64,000 bases of DNA from Macrostomum hystrix (lineage: Eukaryota > Animalia > Platyhelminthes): the NCBI GenBank assembly GCA_950097015.1, contig CATNEN010000001.1, positions 10,416,001 through 10,480,000 on the forward strand. Reading direction: 5' to 3'. Each line of letters starts with the position of its first letter. Position 1 is the stretch's first letter. Positions 43,399-55,164 of this stretch are shown piece by piece. The notes below the pieces were generated by a model, which had not been told where the DNA came from, searched no databases, and saw nothing but the letters and a program-made list of their open reading frames with translations. The position numbers were made by a program, and so were the translations under genes.

Positions 43399-43907
43399 TT
43401 TAGCGAAGGGCAGATTCTGTCAATTTAATCAAGATTAATGTAAATCTTAAGCTAATAAGCTTTCTTGTAGCAGCTTTAGGGCCAGGAGCTAAAGGCACAT
43501 TGTTTCTATGTTGGTTTTGAGCACAGTAACCTCTCCTTACTAATAATTGTTTCACCTTTTCTTTGAGCAAGCAGGTAATTTTAGTGAGAAACTCAAGCTA
43601 ATTGTGCCGAACCAAAAATGCTTGACTAGGATTTTGCACTTTTGTTCATTATCTCAACCGACTAAATCTTGTCGGCGGACATCAAAGAAAAATTCTATTT
43701 TTTGTTTTAATAATCATGCAAAGGTGGATCAGACTAATTAGATTTCTGCTCTGTGAGCAGTCCAAGCTTCTCAGTCTAGACTAGATCAGCGGCAAACTTT
43801 CGTCTAGACGGACCATTCGACTTGGATACAAATACGGTAAATACCTTGTGTGTTCCGCCTGCAGACACAGGTCATGCCCTATTGTTTATTCTATTTAAAG
43901 CATGCAT

Positions 43908-44248
43908 AATCTCCAGGTGAGATTCCATTAATTAATGTCTAATCTCCAGGTGAGATTCTATTAATTGATGTTTAATCTCCAGGTGAGATTTCATTAGTTA
44001 TTGTCTAATCTCCAGGTGAGATTTCATTAGTTATTGTCCAATCTCCAGGTGAGATTTCATTAGTTATTGTCTAATCTCCAGGTGAGATTTCATTAGTTAT
44101 TGTCCAATCTCCAGGTGAGATTCCATTAATTAATGTCTAATCTCCAGGTGAGATTCTATTAATTGATGTTTAATCTCCAGGTGAGATTTCATTAGTTATT
44201 TTCTGATCTCCAGGTGAGATTTCATTAATAAATGTCTAATCTACAGGT
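43908..44248. repeat. 33-bp variant of the preceding minisatellite
   Basis: Same AATCTCCAGGTGAGATT core with a 4-bp longer spacer; about 10 units. Confidence 0.93.
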
Positions 44249-44459
44249 TTTATTTGATCAGCCCACATTTATCATTGGATTTCAAGTTGAAAAATTCTGG
44301 AAAAAAAACATTTCAGCTCTGAAACTCCGGTATATTTTGAATTCAGATTTTGAGATTCGGAGAAATGAGATTTCTGGTTTTAGGTTCATAAGAATTAAGA
44401 TTTCAGGCTGGAAGATTCAGGTAAATGAGACTTCAGGCTCCGAGATTTCTAAGAAATTT

Positions 44460-45572
44460 TCTGGCTGGGATATTTAGGGAAGTAAGGGTTCAGACTGCGA
44501 GATTCAGGAAAATAAGATTTCAGGCTGAGAGATTCAGGGAAATAAGGGTTCAGGCTGGGAGATTCAGGGAAAGAAGATTTCAGGCTGGGAGATTCAGGGA
44601 AATAAGGGTTCAGGCTGGGAGATTCAGGGAAATAAGGGTTCAGGCTGGGAGATTCAGGGAAAGAAGATTTCAGGCTGGGAGATTCAGGGAAATAAGGGTT
44701 CAGGCTGGGAGATTCAGGGAAATAAGGGTTCAGGCTGGGAGATTCAGGGAAATAAGGGTTCAGGCTGGGAGATTCAGGGAAATAAGGGTTCAGGCTGGGA
44801 GATTCAGGGAAAGAAGATTTCAGGCTGGGAGATTCAGGGAAATAAGGGTTCAGGCTGGGAGATTCAGGGAAATAAGGGTTCAGGCTGGGAGATTCAGGGA
44901 AAGAAGATTTCAGGCTGGGAGATTCAGGGAAATAAGGGTTCAGGCTGGGAGATTCAGGGAAATAAGGGTTCAGGCTGGGAGATTCAGGGAAATAAGCGTT
45001 CAGGCTGGGAGATTCAGGGAAATAAGGGTTCAGGCTGGGAGATTCAGGGAAATAAGGGTTCAGGCTGGGAGATTCAGGGAAAGAAGATTTCAGGCTGGGA
45101 GATTCAGGGAAATGAGGGTTCAGGCTGGGAGATTCAGGGAAATAAGGGTTCAGGCTGGGAGATTCAGGGAAATAAGCGTTCAGGCTGGGAGATTCAGGGA
45201 AATAAGGGTTCAGGCTGGGAGATTCAGGGAAATAAGGGTTCAGGCTGGGAGATTCAGGGAAATAAGGGTTCAGGCTGGGAGATTCAGGGAAATAAGGGTT
45301 CAGGCTGAGAGATTCAGGGAAATAAGGGTTCAGGCTGAGAGATTCAGGGAAATAAGGGTTCAGGCTGGGAGATTCAGGGAAATAAGGGTTCAGGCTGGGA
45401 GATTCAGGGAAATAAGGGTTCAGGCTGGGAGATTCAGGGAAATAAGGGTTCAGGCTGGGAGATTCAGGGAAATATGGGTTCAGGCTGGGAGATTCAGGGA
45501 AATAAGGGTTCAGGCTGGGAGATTCAGGGAAATATGGGTTCAGGCTGGGAGATTCAGGGAAATAAGGGTTCA
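44460..45572. repeat. 30-bp minisatellite (CAGGCTGGGAGATTCAGGGAAATAAGGGTT)n
   Basis: About 36 units; source of the spurious 387 and 377 aa ORFs. Confidence 0.98.
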
Positions 45573-46147
45573 TATTTTTCATGTCTAGGCTCTAATCCCT
45601 GAAAAGTATAATGATAGATTTAAAAGAGATTTCATTAGACAGACAGCAGAGAAGTTTAATGGCATCCAGGCACTCCCTTAGAGTGTAGACAATACACTTT
45701 AACTCAAATTCAATATCTAATTTCAAGTGTTACGACATACCCAATTTAAAGTGTTTTTTAATAACCATTTTTGTATTAGATTGCGTCTGAATATTTATGA
45801 TTAGAAATCAATTTTCTAGTTTCAGCCAGATCGAGCGGTGCTCCATGAGATGTCTGAAAGTTAAGTGTGCCCGAACTTCAATTCAAATCAACGATTTTTC
45901 CATAAAAAATAATTGTTGAAATATATTCGCAGAAAAGTGTAAGATTTTTCCTTCTTCGAAAAAATTAATCATCTTTTAATTGAACCAAACGGGCCCTGGA
46001 TGGCTAGCGGACAAATTGTATCAATTTGTAGACACACTCATGGGCTAACCAATTATATGAATTTAACTATCGTCTGGGCACCGAATTGATTGTCTCGTCT
46101 CTTGAAAAAGTTTTTAATGCGTTTCTTTTACTAATTGACAGCTTGTC

Positions 46148-46157
46148 TATAAATAAG
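46148..46157 (+). promoter_or_regulatory. TATA box of the MMP gene
   Basis: TATAAATAAG 91 bp upstream of the ATG. Confidence 0.6.
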
Positions 46158-46238
46158 AGGCTGATTGCACAGCAAATTGAATCAGCTTTCTCGGAAACCG
46201 AATTCAGTTTAAATAGCTGACTCGAAATAAACAGACAA

Positions 46239-49200
46239 ATGTGTGTACAAACAAGCAAAGTGTCTCTCATTTTGATCCTTAGCTGCTACACCTGTTGCTA
46301 TGCACTGCCGACTCCATCGTTGGTTGCCAACAAAACTAGCGACCTTGACAACAGTAGCAGCGTTGTCATTGTCACGGATGCTGAAACTCGCGAGGCGCTG
46401 GTAAGTCTTGAGCCCTGTTTAACAGTAGGAAGAGCACGGGAGTGTTTCAAATACATACTGCGCACTTCACGACAGCTCCCAAACCGATTGACCGATTTTC
46501 GTGAAAGTCCACCATCTGGATCAAATTTTTCCGCCCTATACGATGAACTAAAGTTCAAAGCAGTCCGATGTCAGCATCGTCGAGATGTTCAGCAATTCTC
46601 GTCGAAGACGCTGGTGACAAGCACAGCTAACATTGGTCAACAGAAAAAAGATAACTTTTGGGTATTTGAAATTCCTCTCGTGGTGTTTCTACTGTTAACC
46701 AGCTTGGCCTATTGTGTCCAGCCACAATAGATGCTGCTGCAGTTCTCAAACTCAACTTTCGAATTTTTGGCTTTCAGATCTACCTAAAAAAGTTTGGCTA
46801 CCTGCAGCTGTCATCACCAGCTGACGGTGGCATCGGCAATGTCACCGAGGCTGACCTGTCGGACGCCGTGGCCAGGTTTCAAACAGTCTACCAGCTTCCA
46901 GTCACTCGCCAACTCAATCCGACCACTTTGAATGCTATGCGCGAGGCCCGGTGTGGAGTTGCCGATAACGACGCGTCCTTAGCAACCTCGCTGTTGCCAC
47001 GGACGCGTCCCAGGCGCAGCGTCCTGCACCGAGAGGAGCTGGCTGACAAGCCGAAGCTGTTTCCAAGTCGCAATGTCACTTGGCACCTGGGCAGTGTTGG
47101 CCGGCTGGATCGCGGTGTGGTGTTCGGCCTGCTGCGCCACGCCTTCGATCGCTGGTCTGAAGTCAGCCCGCTGACCTTCTGGCCAGTGAAGGATGCCAAT
47201 TATCCGGCCGACATTCGGATCGGATTCTTTGGGAGTGAGTCGAACATCAGTTTATCAAGGTGCTGTAGCCTAGTGGTTAGAGCGTCGGACTCACGACTTG
47301 AAGGTCGGGGGTTCGATTCCCGACTCCACTCCACTTCAGCAGCACACTTAACTCTGGATTGCGTCAGTTCACACAGAGCTGTTAAATGGGTGCCAGCATT
47401 AGCTGGTTGATGAGCTAATTGAGGGTGGGTGTGGCGTCCCCACAGTCCATGGACTTATAACTTATCTAAATTATCATTGTCATAATTTTATGGAGAGTTA
47501 AACTTCAGATCGAGAGGTCGGTGGTTCGACTCTCATCGCCTAGGCGATAAAAACGTTTGTCATTGAGAAGGAAACTTAATTCCGCAAATGAAAAAGCTTA
47601 GTAACAGCTTTGAATCATTTCATCAAAATGATCAAATCTAGTTTTAATCGAATTCGGAAATAACCAGACGACAAGCAGGAATTTGATTCGATGCAATAAA
47701 TGAAATCTCATTTACGACCCGCGTCTGAGCTCTAGCCTTGGTCTATAAAAAGAACAGACACCAGGAAAGGATGCACACCGCTAAAGTAGTTGGAGCGGAA
47801 ACTCCTAATTATACCGGATGGTCTAGACTAGGCTGTGATTCCCCACGGAACTCTTGACTATGTATTAGATACATTGTTACTATTATCTTCCCCGCCATGT
47901 TCTCAGTTGAGTCGCCGACATGTTGGCGCCTTCCGGGTTGGCTGGCCACTGCTTTTGCACTGTTGTCTGCTCTTGGAGCTAGAGCTATGTTGAGCACAGC
48001 TGATTCGATGATTCAACTCCCCCGCAACCCAACACGCAGGGAAGCATGAGTCCTGCAGACACGACTTCGACGGACCGGGTGGTGACGCGGCCCACACGCT
48101 GGCAGCCACGAGCATCCACATTGACAGCGAGGAGGTGTTCCAGCTAATTGAAAAAGGTGCCACCGTGGGTCGTCAAGTTCACCTGTTGCGCCTGTTAGTT
48201 CACGAAATTGGACACCTGCTAGGACTGGGCCATTCCGCTCACCGCAGCTCCATCATGCACCCGTCCAGTGTCAGCCTGCCCGCCGTTGCGAGGACTGCGT
48301 CCGTGCAAAGCACCGCGAGGCCCCTGATTGGTCAGGACGAAATCCGACTGGTGCGCGACAGATACGGTGAGGGACTGCCACGGGGAACTAAAATGGGAGA
48401 AACCTGCGGGATGGGATGTGTTAGTTTATCGTCGCATCTCCGCCCGCTCTGTCGCAGGTCCCTGCTCGCCCAGAATCGACGCCATCGTTGACTGGCGTAG
48501 GCTGCCAAACCAGCTGACACCCAGGACCCACATTGTCTCCTGCAGTTCAGTTTGGACCAGAAATCTAGATGGCGGGCCGCGCAGGCTGGACTTCCGGTGG
48601 CGAGGGCTCGACGGACTCAGCAGAGTCGATGCCATCATGCAGGCCGCGACACCGGATGGGCGGAAACTGTTGAGCTTGGCCTTCTCGGGTGAGACCGAGA
48701 CTCTGATGCGCAGTGCTGCGTTATCTGACCCCTGGCTGTAACCGTCTCTCCCTCTACTTCTCTCCCTCTCTACTTCTCTCCCTCTCTACTTCTCTCCCTC
48801 TCTCCCTCTCTCCCTCTCTACTTCTCTCCCTCTCTACTTCTCTCCCTCTCTACTTCTCTCCCTCTCTCATTCTCTCCCTCTCCATCCCTCTCCCTGTATC
48901 CCTCTCATTCGCCCATCATTCGCTACATATCGGCTACCACCCCGCATCCGTCGCAGGCTCCAAATATTTCGTCTTGGACAGCTCAACCGGCCGTCTCATC
49001 GGGAGGCCGGCGGACATTGCAGCGGACTTCAGTCCGAAGCCTGGCCGCGGCCTTGGCTGGCAGATTCCCAGCCCGATTGAGGCAGCCTACTATGACCAGG
49101 ACAGGCGGCTGGCGGTCTTCATTGCCAGAGAATGGGTGAGCAGCTGCTCGATACTCGCAAACCAATATTAGAGAAATAATCTCAACGATCACTATTAGTA

Positions 49201-49673
49201 GTGTCGATGCAAATTTCATTCTCGAGTGATTCAGTTCAGATTCAACACCGTTCTCCCTTGTCCAGGCATTCGAGTACGACCTCGTGCACCCGAGCGGAGC
49301 ATTGCGCAAGCACAACTGCTGCGAGAGGCGACTCAAACTGTCCCACATGTTCCCGCAGCCTTCCAGCAGTCGGCAGTCGCTGCCGTCTCGCCTGGACGCT
49401 GCCTACTATCGGCTGAGCGACTCCGCCGTGTTCCTCATCTCCGGCAGCGACTTCTGGCGCTACGGAGCTGTCAATCAAACTGACAGCGACTTCGACTTTG
49501 AGTCCGAGCAGATGAGCAATGCCACCATGGGCGACTCTCCTGCGCCAACCGTTGAGAACCCTGAGCAGTCCAGAGTCCTGAGCTACGGTGGCAAAGTGTT
49601 TCATCAGTGGAAAAATCTGTGCGCCGTGGCGGACTCCAAGTGCGACCTGAACAGACAGGTGAAGCGGCAATGA
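46239..49673 (+). CDS. MMP21: Secreted matrix metalloproteinase with hemopexin domain, MMP21-like, 6 exons, about 587 aa
   Basis: Exons 46239-46400, 46778-47234, 48040-48366, 48458-48688, 48957-49135 and 49266-49673 with consistent phases. Signal peptide, YLKKFGYL, cysteine switch ARCGVAD, furin site RPRR, HEIGHLLGLGH, Met-turn SIMHP. HxxC..FDG, the short AH-x7-H spacing and the hinge-less YGPC...DAIVDW resemble MMP21. The family call is firm; orthology is less so. Confidence 0.88.
47259..47456 (+). mobile_element. SINE family B copy in MMP intron 2, with a well-preserved tRNA-like head
   Basis: GGTGCTGTAGCCTAGTGGTTAGAGCG...GGTTCGATTCCCG, then CACTTAACTC, CAGTTCAC and GGGTGGGTGTGGCGTCCCC.CAGTCCATGGACT. 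Confidence 0.87.
48745..48908. repeat. CT-rich low-complexity tract in MMP intron 4
   Basis: Repeated CTCTCCCT and CTACTTCT units. Confidence 0.9.
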
Positions 49674-49865
49674 TCTGCAGAATGTGGCAACTTACCTGAG
49701 ACCTACCTCGTCAACTAGTTAATGATTTCATACTTTCGTCATTGGCTCGTTTCACCTTTGAAATTCTCCTTTTTGGAGACTGTTATCAACTGTTCTCATA
49801 TGCGTTTCACAACTCGTTACTAGAATTCATTATTTGAATCTCCTTAAAACACACCTATCACTGAT

Positions 49866-50066
49866 GTCGGATAAAGGATTCATCTGTCAGATAACGGATT
49901 CATCTGTCAGATAAAGGATTCATCTGTCAGATAAAGGATTCATCTGTCAGATAAAGGATTCATCTGTCAGATAAAGGATTCATCTGTCAGATAAAGGATT
50001 CATCTGTCAGATAAAGGATTCATCTGTCAGATAAAGGACTCATCTGTCAGATAAAGGATTCATGTG
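49866..50066. repeat. 20-bp minisatellite (ATAAAGGATTCATCTGTCAG)n
   Basis: About 10 units. Confidence 0.96.
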
Positions 50067-50580
50067 TTAAGACAATCAGAGTGCGGCTTCATTTTTTCAT
50101 TTAGTTTTTTCTCATGAAAGTCATTTTTCTCGAAAACACGGCCCTCAAAAACCGACTGTTTTTGGACTTTGTTTCGCTGAAAAAAATCGCAATTTTTATC
50201 GCATCAAATATAAACAAATTGTTGAGGCAGATTAGCCTACAAAGCAAATTTTAGTTTAAACGACCCCTAAATCATGTTTGTCTGCGAGTACTTGGACCTC
50301 ATTTCTGGCATTTTATGCACCTATTTATATTCCTGTACTCTTATCTGTTTTCTGTTCTCTGTATTCTTAGAAACCTGCCCATTGATTTCGCCAATCCACA
50401 ATGAACGAGACCTTCTTACCTTCTTAAGCTTTAATAAATGAGCACAGCTGTTTTTAAATAGGTAGTGAGTAAATAGTTTCACTAAACTGAGTATATTTTA
50501 CTCAAACAATCAAAAGTCAGCCAGCCAACACGATTTGTCAATCAAAATCTAATAGAAAACACTTTATTCGAATAAAAAGA

Positions 50581-50756
50581 ATTTATTCGAGTGTCCACTA
50601 CTTTGCTATTCGGCCCTATTTATCTTTATCCTTCATTGATCTTGATCAATGATCAAGATCTTGAATTGATCTTGAATTGATCTTGAATTGATCTTGATCA
50701 ATGAAGGATAAAGATAAATAGGGCCGAATAGCAAAGTAGTGGACACTCGAATAAAT
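50581..50756. repeat. Perfect 61-bp-arm foldback (MITE-like)
   Basis: 50581-50641 is the exact reverse complement of 50696-50756; the spacer is made of TTGATC/TTGAA repeats. Confidence 0.93.
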
Positions 50757-50921
50757 ATTTGTTTAATGAGACACAAACCAGTGCGTGCATAAGAAATGTC
50801 ATGTTTTCAATATTTCATTCTGAATAAAGAATTAGGACATGCCAAGTACCGTGGTCACTACTCATGATAAATATTTGGCAACTCGCCAGTAGCAGAAGTA
50901 ACAAATTAGAAAAAATTAAAA

Positions 50922-51125
50922 GGGAGATTGTTGCCTAGTGGTTATTGCACAGGGCTTCTAGGCAAGAGGTCCGCAGTTCGATTTTCAGACAAAGGGAAGA
51001 GTTTGTGTACCTAACTCTCTATCAGTTTACCCAGCTGTAGCATTAGTGTGAGCATTGGCTGGTGTAGAAACTTTGGTGGTTTGTTGGCTTCCCCAGTCCA
51101 TGGACTGACTGATGTACGCAGCACT
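50922..51125 (+). mobile_element. Diverged SINE family B copy
   Basis: TTGCCTAGTGGTTA, GTTCGATT, CAGTTTACCCAGCTGTA, CCCCAGTCCATGGACT. Confidence 0.7.
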
Positions 51126-51503
51126 TGGCTACAACGCTCAATAGCTGCGGCTGTGACTGCCTGTACATCTGGACCGATGGGATAGGTGTCAATTTGTGGG
51201 TTTTAACTTTGAAAAGGTCTTCACAAAATAAGCTAATAGAGAAACTACTAAATAAAATGAAAAAAATGAAGACATCATTATTTTTGCTAAAGCTAATGAA
51301 CCAAACACTACATAAAGATGGGACAACAAAAATTTGACATTAGGGCGGTACGCTTTCTTAAAAACGAGCGAAAAGTTACTTTATATATATTTTTAGATTT
51401 CGTGTTCCTAACGTCAAAGTTTATTGTCTTCTAATTTTCAATAATTTCACCGTGTAAAACTCTGAGATAACTCTAGCGGCATAGCTCGAGCCTTGAATTC
51501 AAC

Positions 51504-54323
51504 CTATTTAGGAAGTTTCGGGTCCCTGATGACTTCGGAATAGCCATTTTGAGTGACTTCCATCTGTGAGCAGACAACCATCAGAAACGAGAACCACAGG
51601 CCAATCGTGCGAATTTCCGTCTTCCATTTTCCTTCGGACTGTTCATCGTGGCTGGTCAGATCGGGGTGGACGAGCAGCGACTCGCAACGAACCCGCACAA
51701 TGGCTGCCGCGTTTTGGGCAAGCTCTTTGAGCGTACTGGAATTTTTGTCTTGGGATTCAACGAATTTATTCATTCCTTCAATTATTTTGTCATCGATAGC
51801 TTGGGCCGGTACCCTCACTACTGTAAAGACTTTATGCTCTCGCCCTTCAAAAACCTTTTTTAGACGATCGAATGCCTCCTTTGGATCCTCGAACTCCAAC
51901 GCGCACCTAGTTATTGGTATTGGCTCTTGTTCCTCGGTTGAGTTCCAAATGTCAAAATAGGGTTTCGAAGCTTGGCACCACCTTTTGTCGTACCGTTTTC
52001 CAGATATCATCGGCACCAGCGGTTGCGCATATATCTTTTTGAGCACATTGAATTTTCGATATTTCTCTGTAACAACGGCACTGAAGCGACCATTGAGCAA
52101 AGAATAGAAGTACCAGAAAATACCGTCTCTGGGCATGAGATTCATCTTGAGTTCTACGCTGCTCAGGTCCAGATGAAGACTAGTGTCTCCGATGTGTAGT
52201 TTTGTAGTAGACTCGGGTAAGGATGTGTTGGTTTCCTTAATCTTTTCTTCAAAGTCTTCAGTGCCTCCATTTCTACACCAAAGGCCCATCAGGAACACAA
52301 ACCACACGCCTGCGGCATTCAGGTGTGAGCGAAACGCACCAAAGTGCTTACTAGTCAGCCTGCTGAACTCGGGACTCACCAGGAAGGCTTCCAATCGGCC
52401 TCTGACGACGGCTGCCGCATTTTTCATCAGGTAGGAGGCAAAATCGTCTCTTAGCTCTGATTGCTTGAGCAGCATTCCCAAACCTGCCACAACTTTAAAG
52501 TAGTCTGCTTCTGTAACAGGTGCACCTTCTATTTGAAGCACGTAGTTTTTCCCGTCTGCGTGTGCCTTGTAAGGAAAATCATCGAAAATCTCGCTTAGCC
52601 GATCGAAAACTTGCTTCTCCCGCCATTTGTACATTGTGTGCAGGCGCCTGCAGACTTCTTCCTGGCGGATAACTTTTGTAGTTTTTTTAGCGTTTTCTGG
52701 ACTCAGACCTAGTTCACTGCAATGCTCTATCGCGCTGACTTCAATGCGATCAGGTGGATTATTAAATGGGTTCTCGCCATCTTTGCCCCAAATGTCGTGC
52801 AGGTCATAAGGCCGGCTGGCCAAGTAGCGCATGTCGTAGCCTCCATCAAGCCTCACTTGAGGAACCAAGCGTCGAGCGTATTTGTTCTTCACATCTTCAT
52901 ATGAGTAGTCATTCAGACCGGCCTTCAGACCGGCCTTCTGAAGCAGCGAGTGAAAGTAGTGCAGGATTTGCTCTCTCGGCAACTGATAGGTGGGCAGGTA
53001 GGGCTCCACTGTTGGTTCGCCATCGAGACCATCAATGCGAACATTGTAAGTCATGATTCCCGGCTCAATGCCTGTGGCTAGCATCAGTTGTTTTTCTTTT
53101 TCGTCTGCTCCTGCAATTAATGTAAAACTTAACTTTTCTTTTCGCCAAGTCAAAAGCTGATCGCCGCTCAGTAAAAGCTTCACAAGTTTCACTTCACAAG
53201 TGAATTTAACATGCGATTTTTTTGCCTCTAGCTCATTTTTTACTGACATGTTTGCCCCGTTACTCACAGTAACATATAGCGTCTCGTCTTGCTCAAGTGG
53301 ACTTTGTAACGCAATCTGGTAGTTCAGCTCGTTCGAGCTCGTCAGTGTCACTTTTACAGTCAGTAAATCAAATTTATGCTTAATGATGTTGCTATTGGCA
53401 AAATCAGAACGCTTTAGAGACCGTGTTTCTAATTTATTTTTGACGTCAACCTGTTTTCGAATTTCCACGTGATAATGAATCACATGAATAAAATCTATAC
53501 CAATGGATTTGGTTTCGAAGAAAATTTTCTGTTTTAATTTAGTCTCTCCGATCGCGTTATTACACCAGTGTTGCCTTATTTTTAGGCCTTCCTTATTTTC
53601 TTCGATCAGGCGAACATCAAAGTTCAATATTGCAGGAATTAATACGTCTGCCACTGGTTCTGCCGCTTGTTCGGAAAAGTCAATCCAAACGAGAAAAATA
53701 GTGTAGTGTCGAAACTTCTTGTAGCTTTTCAGTTTCAACTGTGGTTTAACTGTAACTTTCTGTTGATCCAAACGATCGTCAGATTTTTTGACGTGAAAAG
53801 AAAGAGCGTCCTTGTCCAAAGGCCGAAGGACAAGTTCCTTTCTGTTTGCGTTCTGACACAGACGCATCTTAAACTCTGTGCTCAAAAGTTTTTTTGCCCA
53901 TTTAGACTTTTGAGGCTTGTCTTCGCTATCCTTTGTCACTTCTATTTTAGCCCCATCAGCTGATTTAAGCAGCAAACGTACAGGCATCACGGGAAAGTAT
54001 GTTACGCTTGACTTTTTTTTCTCGTCTTTCTCGACTTTAAGAATGAATTCGGTGATGCTTAGTGATTCCTCAGGCAAAACCAGGGTGTCCTCAAGGATAG
54101 TGATTATTGAATTTGATTTGGTCTCATGACAATTGACCTTTTCTGTTATTTTGAATTCTTTGGGTGTCTGCTTCTCGTCAAAATTCACATTCATGCTTTT
54201 GCTGCTCCAGAGGTCTGAGTCTTTTTTTCGTTCGAGCCGTGACTTCTTGCCGTCGATCTCAAAACAAATGTGTCTGTCCCTTTCATCTCCTTGGTCCTCA
54301 TGTTTGTTTTCCAATGACGCCAA
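51504..54323 (-). CDS. Uncharacterised large protein (at least 939 codons in one exon) with a duplicated C-terminal domain; true start unresolved
   Basis: 2.8-kb non-repetitive open frame. aa 448-682 and 730-918 align motif by motif; minus-strand AATAAA at 51420-51425. The annotated start is TTG and the frame stays open to about 54440, so an upstream exon is likely. Confidence 0.82.
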   Translation of the reverse strand: MASLENKHEDQGDERDRHICFEIDGKKSRLERKKDSDLWSSKSMNVNFDEKQTPKEFKITEKVNCHETKSNSIITILEDTLVLPEESLSITEFILKVEKDEKKKSSVTYFPVMPVRLLLKSADGAKIEVTKDSEDKPQKSKWAKKLLSTEFKMRLCQNANRKELVLRPLDKDALSFHVKKSDDRLDQQKVTVKPQLKLKSYKKFRHYTIFLVWIDFSEQAAEPVADVLIPAILNFDVRLIEENKEGLKIRQHWCNNAIGETKLKQKIFFETKSIGIDFIHVIHYHVEIRKQVDVKNKLETRSLKRSDFANSNIIKHKFDLLTVKVTLTSSNELNYQIALQSPLEQDETLYVTVSNGANMSVKNELEAKKSHVKFTCEVKLVKLLLSGDQLLTWRKEKLSFTLIAGADEKEKQLMLATGIEPGIMTYNVRIDGLDGEPTVEPYLPTYQLPREQILHYFHSLLQKAGLKAGLNDYSYEDVKNKYARRLVPQVRLDGGYDMRYLASRPYDLHDIWGKDGENPFNNPPDRIEVSAIEHCSELGLSPENAKKTTKVIRQEEVCRRLHTMYKWREKQVFDRLSEIFDDFPYKAHADGKNYVLQIEGAPVTEADYFKVVAGLGMLLKQSELRDDFASYLMKNAAAVVRGRLEAFLVSPEFSRLTSKHFGAFRSHLNAAGVWFVFLMGLWCRNGGTEDFEEKIKETNTSLPESTTKLHIGDTSLHLDLSSVELKMNLMPRDGIFWYFYSLLNGRFSAVVTEKYRKFNVLKKIYAQPLVPMISGKRYDKRWCQASKPYFDIWNSTEEQEPIPITRCALEFEDPKEAFDRLKKVFEGREHKVFTVVRVPAQAIDDKIIEGMNKFVESQDKNSSTLKELAQNAAAIVRVRCESLLVHPDLTSHDEQSEGKWKTEIRTIGLWFSFLMVVCSQMEVTQNGYSEVIRDPKLPK

Positions 54324-55164
54324 TACAAGAATCGAAAACGGGACCCCTTTCTGAAACGTGAGTTTTTGTGTGTTTTTTATCTTTTCTGTTTCTATTTGCT
54401 TTTCATAAAGAAATATGAATGTTAAATTATCAGGTAATTATTTTTATGCTAATTGTAGCCTACGAAATATTTTAGACCACACAAAAATTACTTGAGAATC
54501 ACATATCCAGTCTACCAGATTTACGGTTAAATACGCGGGTAATAATTAAATTGTTCAATTTTGTGATACCTAATCAAATAACACCAAGTATGAAAAGTTA
54601 TTACTTGCCTCTAATGAAATCATTTCCCGTTTGACTTCTTTTAGTAAACTGAAATTGTGGCTATAGCAGACCACAGATACAAAAACAACTAAGAGCTACG
54701 TATGTCACTCACTAAAAAGCTTTTGCCTACGCCTTTCAGTAGTACAACTTAATTTGCGTCGTTGCTTATTACTTATTGTTGCTATAATCTAAAATGTATT
54801 TTTGTGTTCTTTGCCTGTTCAACTTGAGCAAAAAGGTGCAAAAAGGTAAATATCACTGAGCACTAAAAGTTTTTTATTAGGAAAGCTCACGAGACTCCCT
54901 AAACTACTATTTTTTAATAATGCATCATTGAAAACAGGATAAAGGACTCACATTGTTGCTCGAAGCCTGAGCCATGACTCCGCTGGCTCAGCGTTGGCTC
55001 CTTTAAGGCACTCTCCGCGGGCGCGTTGTCCTGCAGGAGCAACCGGCTGATGGGTGACAGGTGTTACAACCTGACAGTGGGTGTGAATACAGATTAGAGG
55101 GCCTGATTATTTTAGCATTTATATCTGCATCGAGAATGCTCTCAGTCTGTCTTAAAAAAGCCGA

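Noticed and set aside
46401-46730. Extension of the 163-aa ORF at 46239 as a separate membrane protein
   Set aside because: A strong GTAAGT donor at 46401 splices in phase to the MMP prodomain exon; the remainder is intron read-through
47259-47332. Functional tRNA gene (CAC anticodon)
   Set aside because: The acceptor and anticodon stems pair poorly, and the sequence continues into a body shared with other dispersed copies, so it is a SINE head
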